From contig SHYG01000003.1 of NCBI GenBank assembly GCA_009692925.1, positions 1 through 54,473 of the forward strand: 54,473 nt of DNA, read 5' to 3'. Positions 24,527 to 33,977 of this stretch are shown piece by piece (the first letter of the stretch is position 1; every line of letters begins with the position of its first letter). Below the pieces are notes generated by a model that saw only the letters and a list, made by a program, of their open reading frames with translations, was not told the DNA's origin and ran no database searches. The translations under genes and the position numbers were made by a program. The stretch comes from Dehalococcoidia bacterium (GTDB lineage Bacteria; Chloroflexota; Dehalococcoidia; Lucifugimonadales; UBA3495).

Positions 24527-26394
24527 CTACTTGAGCCAGTGGGTGGTGTTAATCTGAATGCGCCGCCCACCGGGCATGTCGATGTAGTCCAGGTTCTTGT
24601 TCACGCCCCAGACCGCCACGACGTCCATGAAAGGTATGTGCAGCAGGTTTTTGGCAAATTCGTCATAGGACGCGGTCATCAGGCGTTCCCGGTCCGCGCC
24701 AGCGGCGCCCAAGGCGGCTTCCGTCATCTTCTGGCGCTCTGGGTCGCAGTTCTTGCCACGGTTGCTGCCGCAGCTGGCGTAGAAGCTGAGCTGCCGGCCG
24801 AAGTCGAACAACTCGCCTCCGGGGGCCAACATTACCATCCCCGGCGAGAAGTTGTTTGGCGCCGGCGGCTTGGAGGTGGCGACGCTCTCGATGGTGCCGC
24901 CCGCGGCCAGGATTCGCCCCGGCTCGGTGAGGTGCTTGGTCTGCCAGATGGCGTCGTCCACCACGTTGACCTTCACGTTGATCCCCGCCTCTTTCCAATA
25001 GGCGGCCAGGGCCTCGCCCACCTCCACGTCCTTGGCGTAGCGCCCCTGGCGGTTCCATACGTGAAACTTGTGGCGGCTTTCCACCGTGCTTCCAGTGGCG
25101 GTGTAGCCGGACTCCAGCAGCAACTGCTTGGCCTTCGCCGGGTTGTAGGTGTAGATGGGTTTGGTGTTGGTCTCGTTGATCCCCAGCACGCCGGGGCCGT
25201 TGGGGCCGCTGTGGCACTTGGACTGGGGCCCAAAGAGGGCCAGCGCCACCGCCGGGCAGTCAACGGCGTGGACCAGGGCCTGGCGCACCCGCAGATCCTT
25301 CAGGAAGGGGTCCCAGATGTAGTCCGCGTTGAGGATGTAGGTCTCGCCGGTGTTGGCCAGCACCGCCTTGGAATTGGCGCTCTTGTTCAGGCCCTCGGTG
25401 AAGTTGGTGCCATCCAGGCCAAAGGCCAGGTCGGCCTCACCGGCCCGCACCATGGCGTCACGCACCAGCTCCTCATTGCGCCAAACAAACTTGGCGGTCT
25501 TGATGGAGCCCTTCTGGGCAATAAACCGGCCCTTGGGCTCCACGTAGCCGGGGAACTGCTCAATGGTGTAAGACCCCCCCCTTTTGCCACTCCTTCCACT
25601 GGTAGGGCCCCCAGCCGATGATGCGGCCCTCCGCATTGCGCTGGTCCGCGGGAGTATTCTGATACCAGGCCGGGGCCTGGAAGGTGTGGTAGGAGGTGTA
25701 GCGGAGCAGCAGGGGACAGGCGATCTTGTCGCACACCCAAGCCACGGTCAGGTCGTCAATCACCTCGCCGTGGGAGGTGTCTACGTTGGCGAAGGCCTGG
25801 GAGCCATTCTTGACGTTACCGTGGAAGTCAATGCTGAACTTGGCGGCGGCGGCGTTCCAGGACTCGCCATTATGGAACTTGACCCCCGGGGTCAGCTTGA
25901 ACACCCAGCGGTTTGGAGTCTCCATCTTGAAGCTCTCGAATCCGGCGGTGAGGGTGTCCACAAAGTCCGGCCCCAGCAGGGTGGGGCCAGGCACCACGTT
26001 GAGGCCTAGTTGGTAGGGATACGCGGTGCTGGCCAGGAAGATGTCGGGGTTGGCCGGTTCCACGTTGATCACTACCGTCATGTCGCTGCGCTTGGCCACC
26101 ACCTGGGCGGGCGGGGCAGTAGGCAGCGCCGTTGGCGGCGGCGCGAACACCGTGGTCGGCTTAGCAGGCTGCTGAAAAACCCCGATCTTGCGAAAAATGG
26201 ACGGACTCTCAGATACGAAAATTGGGACGATTTCGGGCCGTCGACCCCTTTTTCAGCACCCTGTTAGGCACCGCTGTAGGGGCTGTCGTGGGCGTTGCCG
26301 CCGCGCCGCAGGCCACCAGCAGCATCGCTGCCAGCGCCGCCAGGCATGATAACCATCGGGTCAAGTTGTGGGATGGCCGAGTTGCTAAGGACAT
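24527..26394 (-). pseudogene. Peptide/nickel ABC substrate-binding lipoprotein, MITE insertion plus frameshift
   Basis: LLVACG lipobox; GVKFHNGE, IGWGPY, DLRVRQAL..AVD, YNPAKAKQLL; MITE at 26161-26267; frame change in G8 at 25574-25581. Confidence 0.88.
26161..26267 (+). mobile_element. 99-bp MITE, copy 1, with TTAG target duplication
   Basis: Core 26165-26263; TIR caggctgctgaaaaa/tttttcagcaccctg (14/15); TTAG on both sides; removal restores the host frame. Confidence 0.92.
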
Positions 26395-26566
26395 GACAGA
26401 CTCCTTACTACTGAATGGTGGTGGCGCTTTCCGCTAAGTACTTACGAAAAACTGTAACCGACTGACCTCATATTAGTCTAAACGGAGTATGATAAACTCG
26501 GATTTGTAAAGCCTCCTGACGAAATGTCCGAATGCTATTTAGATATATGTACTATCGAGGTCGCCG

Positions 26567-27313
26567 GTGTCAACGACGGGTAAGAACCCATCCAGTCCGG
26601 TCTCCCTTTGGCAGACCATCTCCCGCGCGCGGGTGGTGGACCTGAGCCAGCCGCTGCATCCCGGCATGCCCCGCTGGCCGGGGGACCCGCCGCCGGAGTT
26701 TGCGCCGGTGGCCAGCATCCCGCACGACGGTTACTACCTGCGCCGCTTCACCCTGGGGGAGCATAGCGGCACCCACCTCAACGCCCCCAGCAGCTTCCAT
26801 GCGGGCGGCGTAAGCGTTGACGACTACCCTGCCGAGTCCCTGGTGGCGCCGGCGGTGGTGCTGGACGTGCGGGAGGCCGCCGCCGCCAACCCCGGCTACT
26901 CTCTGGGCGCGGCCCAGGTGGCGGCGTGGGAGCGGCAGCACGGCGCAATACCGGCGGGCAGCCTGGTGCTGCTGTACACCGGCTGGCAGGCAAAGTGGGC
27001 CAGTCCAGACCGGTATCTAGGATTGGACTTAGAAGGTATGCCGCACTTCCCAGGGTTCAGCCTGGCGGCGGCGCGGCTGCTGGTAGAGCAGCGTGGCGCG
27101 GCCGGTTTGGGCATTGACACCCACGGCGTGGATGGCGGGAGGGACCCCAGCTTTGCCGTCAACCGGCTGGTGCTGGAGCAGCCCCGGCTGGTGCTGGAGA
27201 ATCTCGCGAACCTAGACCAGCTCCCCCCGGTTGGGGCAGTGCTGTTTGTCGGGCGGCTACGACTGCAAGGGGGAAGCGGCTCGCCGGCCTCGGTGCTGGC
27301 GCTGGTTCCTTGA
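26567..27313 (+). CDS. Cyclase family protein (kynurenine formamidase-like)
   Basis: VVDLSQPL..GMP.WPGDP, EHSGTHLNAP.F, LYTGW, LGIDT.GVD, LENLANL, GSGSP. Confidence 0.9.
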   Translation: MSTTGKNPSSPVSLWQTISRARVVDLSQPLHPGMPRWPGDPPPEFAPVASIPHDGYYLRRFTLGEHSGTHLNAPSSFHAGGVSVDDYPAESLVAPAVVLDVREAAAANPGYSLGAAQVAAWERQHGAIPAGSLVLLYTGWQAKWASPDRYLGLDLEGMPHFPGFSLAAARLLVEQRGAAGLGIDTHGVDGGRDPSFAVNRLVLEQPRLVLENLANLDQLPPVGAVLFVGRLRLQGGSGSPASVLALVP

Positions 27314-27338
27314 GACGGCGGGATAACCGATGACGCAA

Positions 27339-27400
27339 CCCCATCCTAACCTTCCCCCGTCGAGGGGGAAGGGACAGACCTCCTCCCCCTCGACGGGGGA
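27339..27400. repeat. CCC-rich hairpin repeats
   Basis: cttcccccgtcgagggggaag and ctccccctcgacgggggag, in inverted arrangement between convergent genes. Confidence 0.6.
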
Positions 27401-27428
27401 GTGTGGCGTGCCTGCCTCGTGGTTTCCG

Positions 27429-27468
27429 GTCACCGTAGGGGCGAGGCATGCCTCGCCCCTACGGTGAC
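27429..27468. repeat. GTAG-type REP palindrome with extended arms
   Basis: Perfect 40-bp palindrome gtcaccGTAGGGGCGAGGCATGCCTCGCCCCTACggtgac. Confidence 0.85.
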
Positions 27469-27474
27469 GCAACG

Positions 27475-27881
27475 TTAGCGGCGTGACGCCAGGCGCTCCA
27501 CGCCGGCCTTGGCGCAGTCCTCGTCCTGCTGGCTGGCGCCGCCGCCCACGCCGCAGGCTCCCTCCACCAAGCCGTTGCGGAGGATGGGCACCGCGCCCTG
27601 GCCAAAGATCATGTGCCCGCCCTCCAGCTCCCGGATGCCCGCCGGAGTGGGATGGCTGCCCGCTCGGCCATCTCCCCGCTGGGGCGGCTGAAGGCCGCGG
27701 AAGCCACCGCCTTGCCCTGGCACCCGTAGGCGCTGGCCCAGATGGCCCCGTCCATGCGGTTCAGGGCCACCAGCCGGCCCCCGGCGTCGCATACCGCCAC
27801 ACTGACCTTGATGTTCAGCTCCTGGGCCTTGGCGATGGCGCCGTCCACTATCTGTTTAGTCTCGGCGAGAGTAAGGGACAT
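27475..27881 (-). pseudogene. GlcG/HbpS family heme-binding protein, one-base deletion
   Basis: MSLTLAE...VSVAVCDAGG.L....RMDGA, then frame switch near 27658 to GQGAVPI...GACGVGG...QQDEDCA. Confidence 0.82.
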
Positions 27882-27941
27882 GGCACACCTCCCGTGACAG
27901 TTATGTGAATCGGGAAGCATTGTACCGTCTCCGGCAGAGGT

Positions 27942-28048
27942 TTAGCAGGGTGCTGAAAAAGGGGTCGACGGCCCGAAATCGTCCCAATTTTCGTATCTGA
28001 GAGTCCGTCCATTTTTCGCAAGATCGGGGTTTGTCAGCAGCCTGTTAG
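27942..28048 (-). mobile_element. 99-bp MITE, copy 2 (opposite orientation), TTAG duplication
   Basis: Core 27946-28044 is the reverse complement of copy 1 with one difference (28033). Confidence 0.92.
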
Positions 28049-28128
28049 TAGTAAACTCCTCAGGATGTTATACTTCGCAGGAAGAATCTGCCGCCAAGCT
28101 GGCCGTAGTTGCGGAGTGAGATAGGCAC

Positions 28129-28965
28129 GTGCTGACCAAGCGCATCATCCCCTGCCTGGACGTGGACGCGGGCCGGGTGGTCAAAGGCGCCAGTTTCGTC
28201 AACCTGCGGGACGCCGGAGACCCGGCGGAGCTGGCCGCCAGGTATGATCAGGAGGGCGGCGACGAGTTGGTGTTCCTGGACATTACCGCCAGCGCCCAGT
28301 CGCGGGACACCATGGTGGATGTGGTGCGCCGGGTGTCGGAGCAGGTGTTCATCCCCCTGACGGTGGGCGGCGGCATCCGCACGGTGGATGACGTGCGCCG
28401 AATGCTCCGCGCCGGAGCGGACAAGGTCTCGGTCAACACCGCGGCGGTCAACCAGCCCGCGCTCCTCAGCGACGGCGCGGGGCAGTTTGGCAGCCAGTGC
28501 ATGGTGCTGGCCATCGACGCCCGCCGGGTAGCCCCCGGCCACCGCGCTTCAGCTCGCGCGCCCCTGGACTTGGCCTTGCAGGAAGGCTCCCGGTGGGAGG
28601 TTTACACCCACGGCGGGCGCACCCCCACCGGCCTGGACGCCCTGCGGTGGGCCATTCGCGGCGTGGAGCTGGGCGCGGGGGAGATTCTGCTGACCAGCAT
28701 GGACGCCGACGGCCAGTTGTCCGGCTACGACCTGGACTTGACCCGGGTCATCTCCCAGTCGGTGCCGGTGCCGGTCATCGCCAGCGGCGGCGCGGGCACG
28801 CTGGAGCACCTGTACCAGGCCTTCACCCAGGGCCTGGCCGACGCCGTGCTGGCTGCCAGCATCTTCCACTTCGGGACTTACTCCATCGCTCAAGCCAAGG
28901 ACTACTTGGATGAGCGAGGCATCCCCGTGCGCCGGGAGCCTGCGGCCGCCAGCCGGGCGGGCTGA
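28129..28965 (+). CDS. hisF: Imidazole glycerol phosphate synthase cyclase subunit
   Basis: [38 protein letters not shown]. Confidence 0.97.
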   Translation: MLTKRIIPCLDVDAGRVVKGASFVNLRDAGDPAELAARYDQEGGDELVFLDITASAQSRDTMVDVVRRVSEQVFIPLTVGGGIRTVDDVRRMLRAGADKVSVNTAAVNQPALLSDGAGQFGSQCMVLAIDARRVAPGHRASARAPLDLALQEGSRWEVYTHGGRTPTGLDALRWAIRGVELGAGEILLTSMDADGQLSGYDLDLTRVISQSVPVPVIASGGAGTLEHLYQAFTQGLADAVLAASIFHFGTYSIAQAKDYLDERGIPVRREPAAASRAG

Positions 28966-29018
28966 TTCGCGGGAGACGCCATTTCAATGCCATAGGCCCC
29001 ATAAGCCCCAAGAGGCCC

Positions 29019-29723
29019 ATGAGCGCCATTACCACCATTATCTTTGACATGTACGATACCCTGGCCCAGAATAATGCCAGATTCTGGCTGGAAACCGTGG
29101 CCCGCATCATTCAGGAGCAAGGCATCAACGCCGACGCGGAGCGGCTGTGGCAGGAGTGGCGCAAGGTGGATGCCGTGTCGCGTCAGCAGCGTGCGCGGCC
29201 GGAGACGCCCTTCCGGTGCTACTTCGAGACTTGGCAGGACGCCTTTAGCGGCGCTTTCGCCGCCCTGGACGTGGCGGGGGATGCGCAGGCCGCCACTCGC
29301 CGCGCCTTTCAGGACATGGGCTCCCGTCCGGCCTTTCCCGAAGTCTTGGAAGCGCTTGGCCTGGTGCAGCGGCAGTGGCGCACCGCCCTGTTGTCCAACG
29401 CCGACGATGGCTACCTGCGGCCTAACCTGGCCCGCCTGGGGCTGGAGTTCAGCCAGGTGCTGTCTTCCCAGGAAGCCCGCTGCTACAAGCCGCGGCCCGA
29501 GCTGTTTCAGGAGATGCTGCGGCGGCTGGACGTGACTCCTCAGGAGTGCTGCTACGTGGGCGACCGCCAGTTGGAGGATGTGCAGGGTGCGGGACAGGTG
29601 GGTATGCGCACCGTTTGGATTAACCGCGCCGGCGCCACGCCGGACCCCAAGTTGCCCGATCCGGACTATATGATTCGCAGCTTGCTGGAGCTTCCCGCCC
29701 TGGCAGGCGATATCCGTAAGTGA
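29019..29723 (+). CDS. HAD family hydrolase
   Basis: FDMYDTL, LSN, YKP.P..F, VGD...DV.GA...G. Confidence 0.9.
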   Translation: MSAITTIIFDMYDTLAQNNARFWLETVARIIQEQGINADAERLWQEWRKVDAVSRQQRARPETPFRCYFETWQDAFSGAFAALDVAGDAQAATRRAFQDMGSRPAFPEVLEALGLVQRQWRTALLSNADDGYLRPNLARLGLEFSQVLSSQEARCYKPRPELFQEMLRRLDVTPQECCYVGDRQLEDVQGAGQVGMRTVWINRAGATPDPKLPDPDYMIRSLLELPALAGDIRK

Positions 29724-29729
29724 GGGGCC

Positions 29730-30392
29730 ATGACCGAATTACCCCCAGAATCGGTGAACCCGCCGGTGAAGCTGCCGGTGAAGCTGAATGACCAGGGTCT
29801 AATGCCCGCCATTGCCCAGGACTTCAACACCGGCCAGGTGCTGATGCTGGGATACGTTAACCCAGGGTCCCTCAAACGCACCCTGGAAGGCGGGCAGGTC
29901 TGGTTCTACAGCCGCAGTCGTGAGGAGCTGTGGCACAAGGGAGAGATGTCGGGCCACTACCTTAATCTGAAGGAAGCCTGGCTGGACTGCGACGCCGACA
30001 CCGTGCTGCTCCGGGTCCAGCCGGATGGCCCGACCTGCCACACCGGCGCCGTCTCCTGCTTCTTCCATCCTTTGGACGCCGCGCCGGAGCAGTTCGAGAC
30101 TGCTGACAACGGCGCGCGCATTCTGGACGAGCTGTTTGCCCTGGTGAAGGACCGGCAGCAGGCCATGCCCCAGGGCAGCTACACCACCCGGCTGTTTGAG
30201 GAGGGCGTGGCCCGCATTGCCCAGAAGGTCATCGAAGAGGGGGGGGAGACCGCGCTGGCCGCGGTGCAGGGGGATGTCGCGGCGCTGCCCAACGAGGTGG
30301 CGGACCTGCTCTACCACACCTTGGTGTTGCTGGCTGCCTTGGGTGTGAGTCCCGCCCAGGTGTGGGCGGAGTTGCGGCGGCGCAGGCACTGA
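29730..30392 (+). CDS. hisIE: Bifunctional phosphoribosyl-AMP cyclohydrolase / phosphoribosyl-ATP diphosphatase
   Basis: YSRSR..LW.KGE.SG, DCD.D, CHTG..SCF, SYT..L, KV.EE, E.ADLLYH. Confidence 0.96.
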   Translation: MTELPPESVNPPVKLPVKLNDQGLMPAIAQDFNTGQVLMLGYVNPGSLKRTLEGGQVWFYSRSREELWHKGEMSGHYLNLKEAWLDCDADTVLLRVQPDGPTCHTGAVSCFFHPLDAAPEQFETADNGARILDELFALVKDRQQAMPQGSYTTRLFEEGVARIAQKVIEEGGETALAAVQGDVAALPNEVADLLYHTLVLLAALGVSPAQVWAELRRRRH

Positions 30393-30407
30393 TTGCCGTT
30401 TCAGGCC

Positions 30408-30514
30408 CTCGTCATTCCTTACGCTCGCCGCTAAGACAAGCCGGCGTAGGCCGGAATCCACCGGAGCATCTCAACTTCGCTGGCACGTGGACACCGGCCT
30501 TCGCCGGTGTGACG
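30408..30514. repeat. CGTC-type repeat doublet, copy D (diverged, 24-bp insert in left arm)
   Basis: ctcgtcatt[24 bp]ccggcgtaggccggaatcca ... gtggacaccggccttcgccggtgtgacg. Confidence 0.7.
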
Positions 30515-30565
30515 GATAGAACCCTGTCCCTGTCTGCTCCAGAGTCATACCGCCGGGGTCACGGC

Positions 30566-31255
30566 TCATAACTGGGCGGGTAGGCGGTCCCCGGACAGGA
30601 AGCTGGCCCACTTGTCTCCCTGATACACCACCACCCGACCCACCCCCACCACCCGCCAGCGGCCGGGGCGGCCCAGGACGCCGGTGCGTGCGTCAATTCC
30701 CAGCACCGTCAGGTTTGGAGACACCTCGCCTTGCAGTTGCAGGGCGGTCTCCGCCGGATTTTTTTCTTCATGGTGGGGCAGCACCGCCACCCCAGCCGCC
30801 AGGCCCAGCCCCTCCACCCATCCGCCGAGCTGGGGCCGGCGCATCTGCGCCCCCATGACCATCGCCCCCGCGCTGGAGCCGGCCAGCACCGTCCCGTTTG
30901 CCAGCGCCTGCCGCAACGCCTCTTCCAGCAAGGAGCCTTGCAGCGTCTCCAGCAAGTAGTCGGGGCTGCCGCCGGCAAAGTAGATCACCCCGGCGCCCAC
31001 CAGCGTCTGGCAGTACCGCGGGTCGTCCGCCTGGGCGCGGTCCAGCACCATTAAAGGGCTGGCGTCGGCGCCCAGCTTGGTGAGGTGGCGCACCCCATGA
31101 TCGGCGGAGTCGATGGGCGTGTACCAGGCGGCGGCGGTGGGCACTACCAGCACCCGCGCGGGGTCCTGACCGCTGGCCCGCAGAATCTCCCGGTCCATCT
31201 CTTCGCAGCCCACCCGGAACTCGTTGCCGCCCACCAGCGCAATCTCTCCCGCCAT
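30566..31255 (-). CDS. Peptidase S51 / cyanophycinase-like protein
   Basis: IALVGG.E, VPTA, YFAGG, GSSAGA nucleophile, VLPH, LGID. Confidence 0.85.
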   Translation of the reverse strand: MAGEIALVGGNEFRVGCEEMDREILRASGQDPARVLVVPTAAAWYTPIDSADHGVRHLTKLGADASPLMVLDRAQADDPRYCQTLVGAGVIYFAGGSPDYLLETLQGSLLEEALRQALANGTVLAGSSAGAMVMGAQMRRPQLGGWVEGLGLAAGVAVLPHHEEKNPAETALQLQGEVSPNLTVLGIDARTGVLGRPGRWRVVGVGRVVVYQGDKWASFLSGDRLPAQL

Positions 31256-31347
31256 TGAAGCACCTCGCAGCTTGCATGTATCGGTGTGGTCGCGCCCCGG
31301 CTATTCTATCAGAACCTGTTGGCAGAACCCGCTTATGCAGTTGGGGC

Positions 31348-31476
31348 TACCGAGCGTTGCATAAAAATCTGATCCGGTTGGTAAACATCTGGGAGGAAAT
31401 CCCCCAACCCCCCTTTGCAAAGGAGGGTTGGGGGATTTCCTCCGCCGTGGTTAAAAGATTTGTGCAAGGCCTGGTA
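31348..31476. repeat. MITE-like element with TA-terminated inverted ends and a long internal hairpin
   Basis: taccgagcgttgcataaa versus taccaggccttgcacaaa (reverse complement of right end), 14/18; 25-bp near-perfect stem at 31392-31443. Confidence 0.6.
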
Positions 31477-31613
31477 AATTCTGGAGAGCCGGCCAGCTAC
31501 GGTTGATTGACCCTGCCCGTTGCCGGGGACTAGAATGCTATCATTCCCTGGAAGCCGCCGGCGCACGGCCAGCGGGCGGTGGAGATCGAGGATCAATAGT
31601 GGGTCAATCTTAT

Positions 31614-33293
31614 ATGGAAACGCCTCTAGTCCGAGACACGATCCTCCAGTTGGTCGCCCAGGCGGTGGCCCAGGCCCAGCGGGAGGGTGACCTGCAGCTC
31701 CAGACCACCCCTGAAATCGAGGTGGACCGTCCTGCCAAGGGGCAGCATGGGGATTTTGCCACCAACCTGCCCCTGCGCCTGGCCCGGGCTACCCGCCTGA
31801 ACCCGCTGAAGCTTGCGGATAAGCTGGCTAGCTACATTCCCGCCCATGATGCGGTGGCCCAGGTCGTGGTCGCCCCGCCGGGGTTCATCAACTTCTACCT
31901 GCGGGAAGGCTGGCTGCAGCAGCAGGTGGAGGTGGTGCGCCAGACTCCAGATAGCTATGGGCGGGTGGACGCAGGACACGGGCGGACGGTCATGGTGGAG
32001 TTTGTCAGCGTTAACCCCACCGGCCCGGTGCACGTGGGCCACACCCGGGGCGCGGTGCTGGGCAGCACTCTGGCCAACGTCCTGGAGGCAGCCGGGTATG
32101 TGGTGACTCGCGAGTACTACGTGAACGACGCCGGCAGCCAGATGGAGAACTTCTACCGCTCGGTGTTTGCCCGCTACCAGCAGGCCCTGGGGGTGGCCGC
32201 AGAGCTGCCCGCCAATGGCTATGTGGGCCAGTATGTGGCCGAGTTAGCCCAGGAGATTGTCCAGGCCCACGGCCAGACGTTCCTGGACATGGACGAAGCC
32301 GCCGCTATCAAGCAGATTGGCGACCTGAGCCGCGAGAAGATGGTGGGCCTCATTCGGGAGGACCTGAGCTTCATCCGCGTCAACTTCGACAACTGGTTCA
32401 GCGAGCGCACCCTGTTTCAGACCGGCGAGTACCAGCAGGCCATTGACCGGCTTCGTCAGCAGGGCTACCTCTCAGAACGGGAGAACGCCCTGTGGTTCAA
32501 CTCCACCATGCTGGGCGACGACAAGGACAACGTGGTGGTGCGCTCCACCGGCGAGCCTACCTACTTCGCGTCGGACATCGCCTACCACTACAACAAGTTC
32601 ATTAAAAGGGAGTTTGCCCAGGTCATCGACATCTGGGGCGCCGACCACCAGGGCCACGTGCCGCGCATGAAGGCGGCGGTGGCAGCCCTGGGCGCCAACC
32701 CCGAGAACCTCACCATCCTCATCGCTCAGATGGTCACCCTCAAGCGGGGCGCCGAGGTGGTGCGGGCCTCCAAGCGCACCGGCGAGTTCGTCACCCTGCG
32801 CGAGCTGGCGCAGGAGGTGGGCGTGGATGCCTGCCGCTACTTCTTCCTAGCCCGCAGCCCCGATGCTCAGATGGAGTTTGACCTGGAGCTGGCGAAAAAA
32901 GAGTCTTCCGAGAATCCGGCCTACTACATCCAGTACGCCCATGCCCGCAACGCCGGCATTCTGAATTTGGCCCGCAACCGGGAGATTGACTGGAGCCGGG
33001 GCGATGTATCCCTGCTGCGGGACCCCAACGAGCTCAACCTCATCCGCACCATGCTGCGCCTACCGGAGCTGGTGGCCAAGATGGCCCAGTCCCTGGAGCC
33101 GCACCACCTGCCCCACTACGCCATGGAGCTGGCCACCGCCTTCCACTGGTTCTACGAAAACTGCCGGGTTATCTCCGCCAATCCCGAGGACGGCCAGATG
33201 ACGCTGGCGAGGCTGAAGCTGGTGGAGTCGGCCCAGATAGTGCTGCGGCGCTCCCTGGAGCTGATGGGCATGGGCGCCCCGGAGCGGATGTAG
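31614..33293 (+). CDS. argS: Arginine--tRNA ligase
   Basis: HGDFATN, EFVSVNPTGPVHVGH.RGA, WGADH.G, SKR.G, YIQYAHAR; start could be GTG 31599. Confidence 0.97.
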   Translation: METPLVRDTILQLVAQAVAQAQREGDLQLQTTPEIEVDRPAKGQHGDFATNLPLRLARATRLNPLKLADKLASYIPAHDAVAQVVVAPPGFINFYLREGWLQQQVEVVRQTPDSYGRVDAGHGRTVMVEFVSVNPTGPVHVGHTRGAVLGSTLANVLEAAGYVVTREYYVNDAGSQMENFYRSVFARYQQALGVAAELPANGYVGQYVAELAQEIVQAHGQTFLDMDEAAAIKQIGDLSREKMVGLIREDLSFIRVNFDNWFSERTLFQTGEYQQAIDRLRQQGYLSERENALWFNSTMLGDDKDNVVVRSTGEPTYFASDIAYHYNKFIKREFAQVIDIWGADHQGHVPRMKAAVAALGANPENLTILIAQMVTLKRGAEVVRASKRTGEFVTLRELAQEVGVDACRYFFLARSPDAQMEFDLELAKKESSENPAYYIQYAHARNAGILNLARNREIDWSRGDVSLLRDPNELNLIRTMLRLPELVAKMAQSLEPHHLPHYAMELATAFHWFYENCRVISANPEDGQMTLARLKLVESAQIVLRRSLELMGMGAPERM

Positions 33294-33534
33294 CCCTCCT
33301 GCGGCTGGCCCACCTTCGTGCGTCGCCTGCTCAATGCAGGCGACATCTGTTTATAGCTCCGCCCCACAACCATAACCTGAGTTTACATCTGGCATAATTT
33401 TATTTACGATATACGTAGCTGTATGGCTGAGATAAGTTCAAAAGTATTGATTATGGCGAAGAAGGGCGCTAAAATTGCAGCGTTAGGTTATATAGGCGAT
33501 GGTTAACCGCGATGGGTAAGGAGGAGGAGGAGCG

Positions 33535-33810
33535 ATGACTACCCAGGTTGCGCCCGATGTGGCTGTCTTGCGGCGGGAGGTGCAGCTCAAATACACCGAG
33601 GTGGCCACCAGCCCGGACCAGACCTTCCATTTCCACCACGGCAGGCCCCTGGCCCAGCTTCTGGGCTACTCCATGGAGAAAGTGGATGCCATGCCGGCCC
33701 CGGCGGTGGAGTCCTTTGCCGGGGTGGGCAACCCCTGTTCCCTGGGGGATATCCGGCCAGGGGAGACGGTGCTGGATTTGGGGTGTGGTGGCGGCTTCGA
33801 TAGCTTCATC
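33535..33810 (+). pseudogene. ArsM-like SAM-dependent methyltransferase, 5' fragment
   Basis: Strong SD; FHFHHGRPLA..LGY, ESFAGVGNP, PGETVLDLGCGGG.D; ends at the MITE fragment. Confidence 0.85.
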
Positions 33811-33858
33811 GAGTCCGTCCATTTTTCGCAAGATCGGGGTTTTTCAGCAGCCTGCTAG
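33811..33858 (-). mobile_element. 99-bp MITE, copy 3, partial (44 bp plus CTAG)
   Basis: Identical to the reverse complement of 26165-26208; the other half is missing. Confidence 0.88.
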
Positions 33859-33977
33859 CTCTCATGCCCCCCGTGGAGACCGGTAAGGCCCCGCTGCTAT
33901 TGGCGGGGCCTTTCACATTGTCCAGCCTGACCTTGAACCTCGGGCGCTTCCGGCGTAAGATAGCCTTCAGTGCGTAA

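Noticed and set aside
26268-27941. Inversion of the segment between the two inverted MITE copies
   Set aside because: Both flanks of copy 1 belong to the same gene and rejoin in frame, so the segment is in its original orientation.
28031-28074. The single change in MITE copy 2 creates TTGTCA facing hisF, a possible hybrid promoter
   Set aside because: Spacing to TAAACT is only 15 nt, and a native extended -10 (TGTTATACT, 28066-28074) already explains transcription.
28991-29021. Short tandem motif (ataggcccc/ataagcccc/aagaggccc) before the HAD gene
   Set aside because: Only three degenerate units and no second copy in the window; too weak to call.
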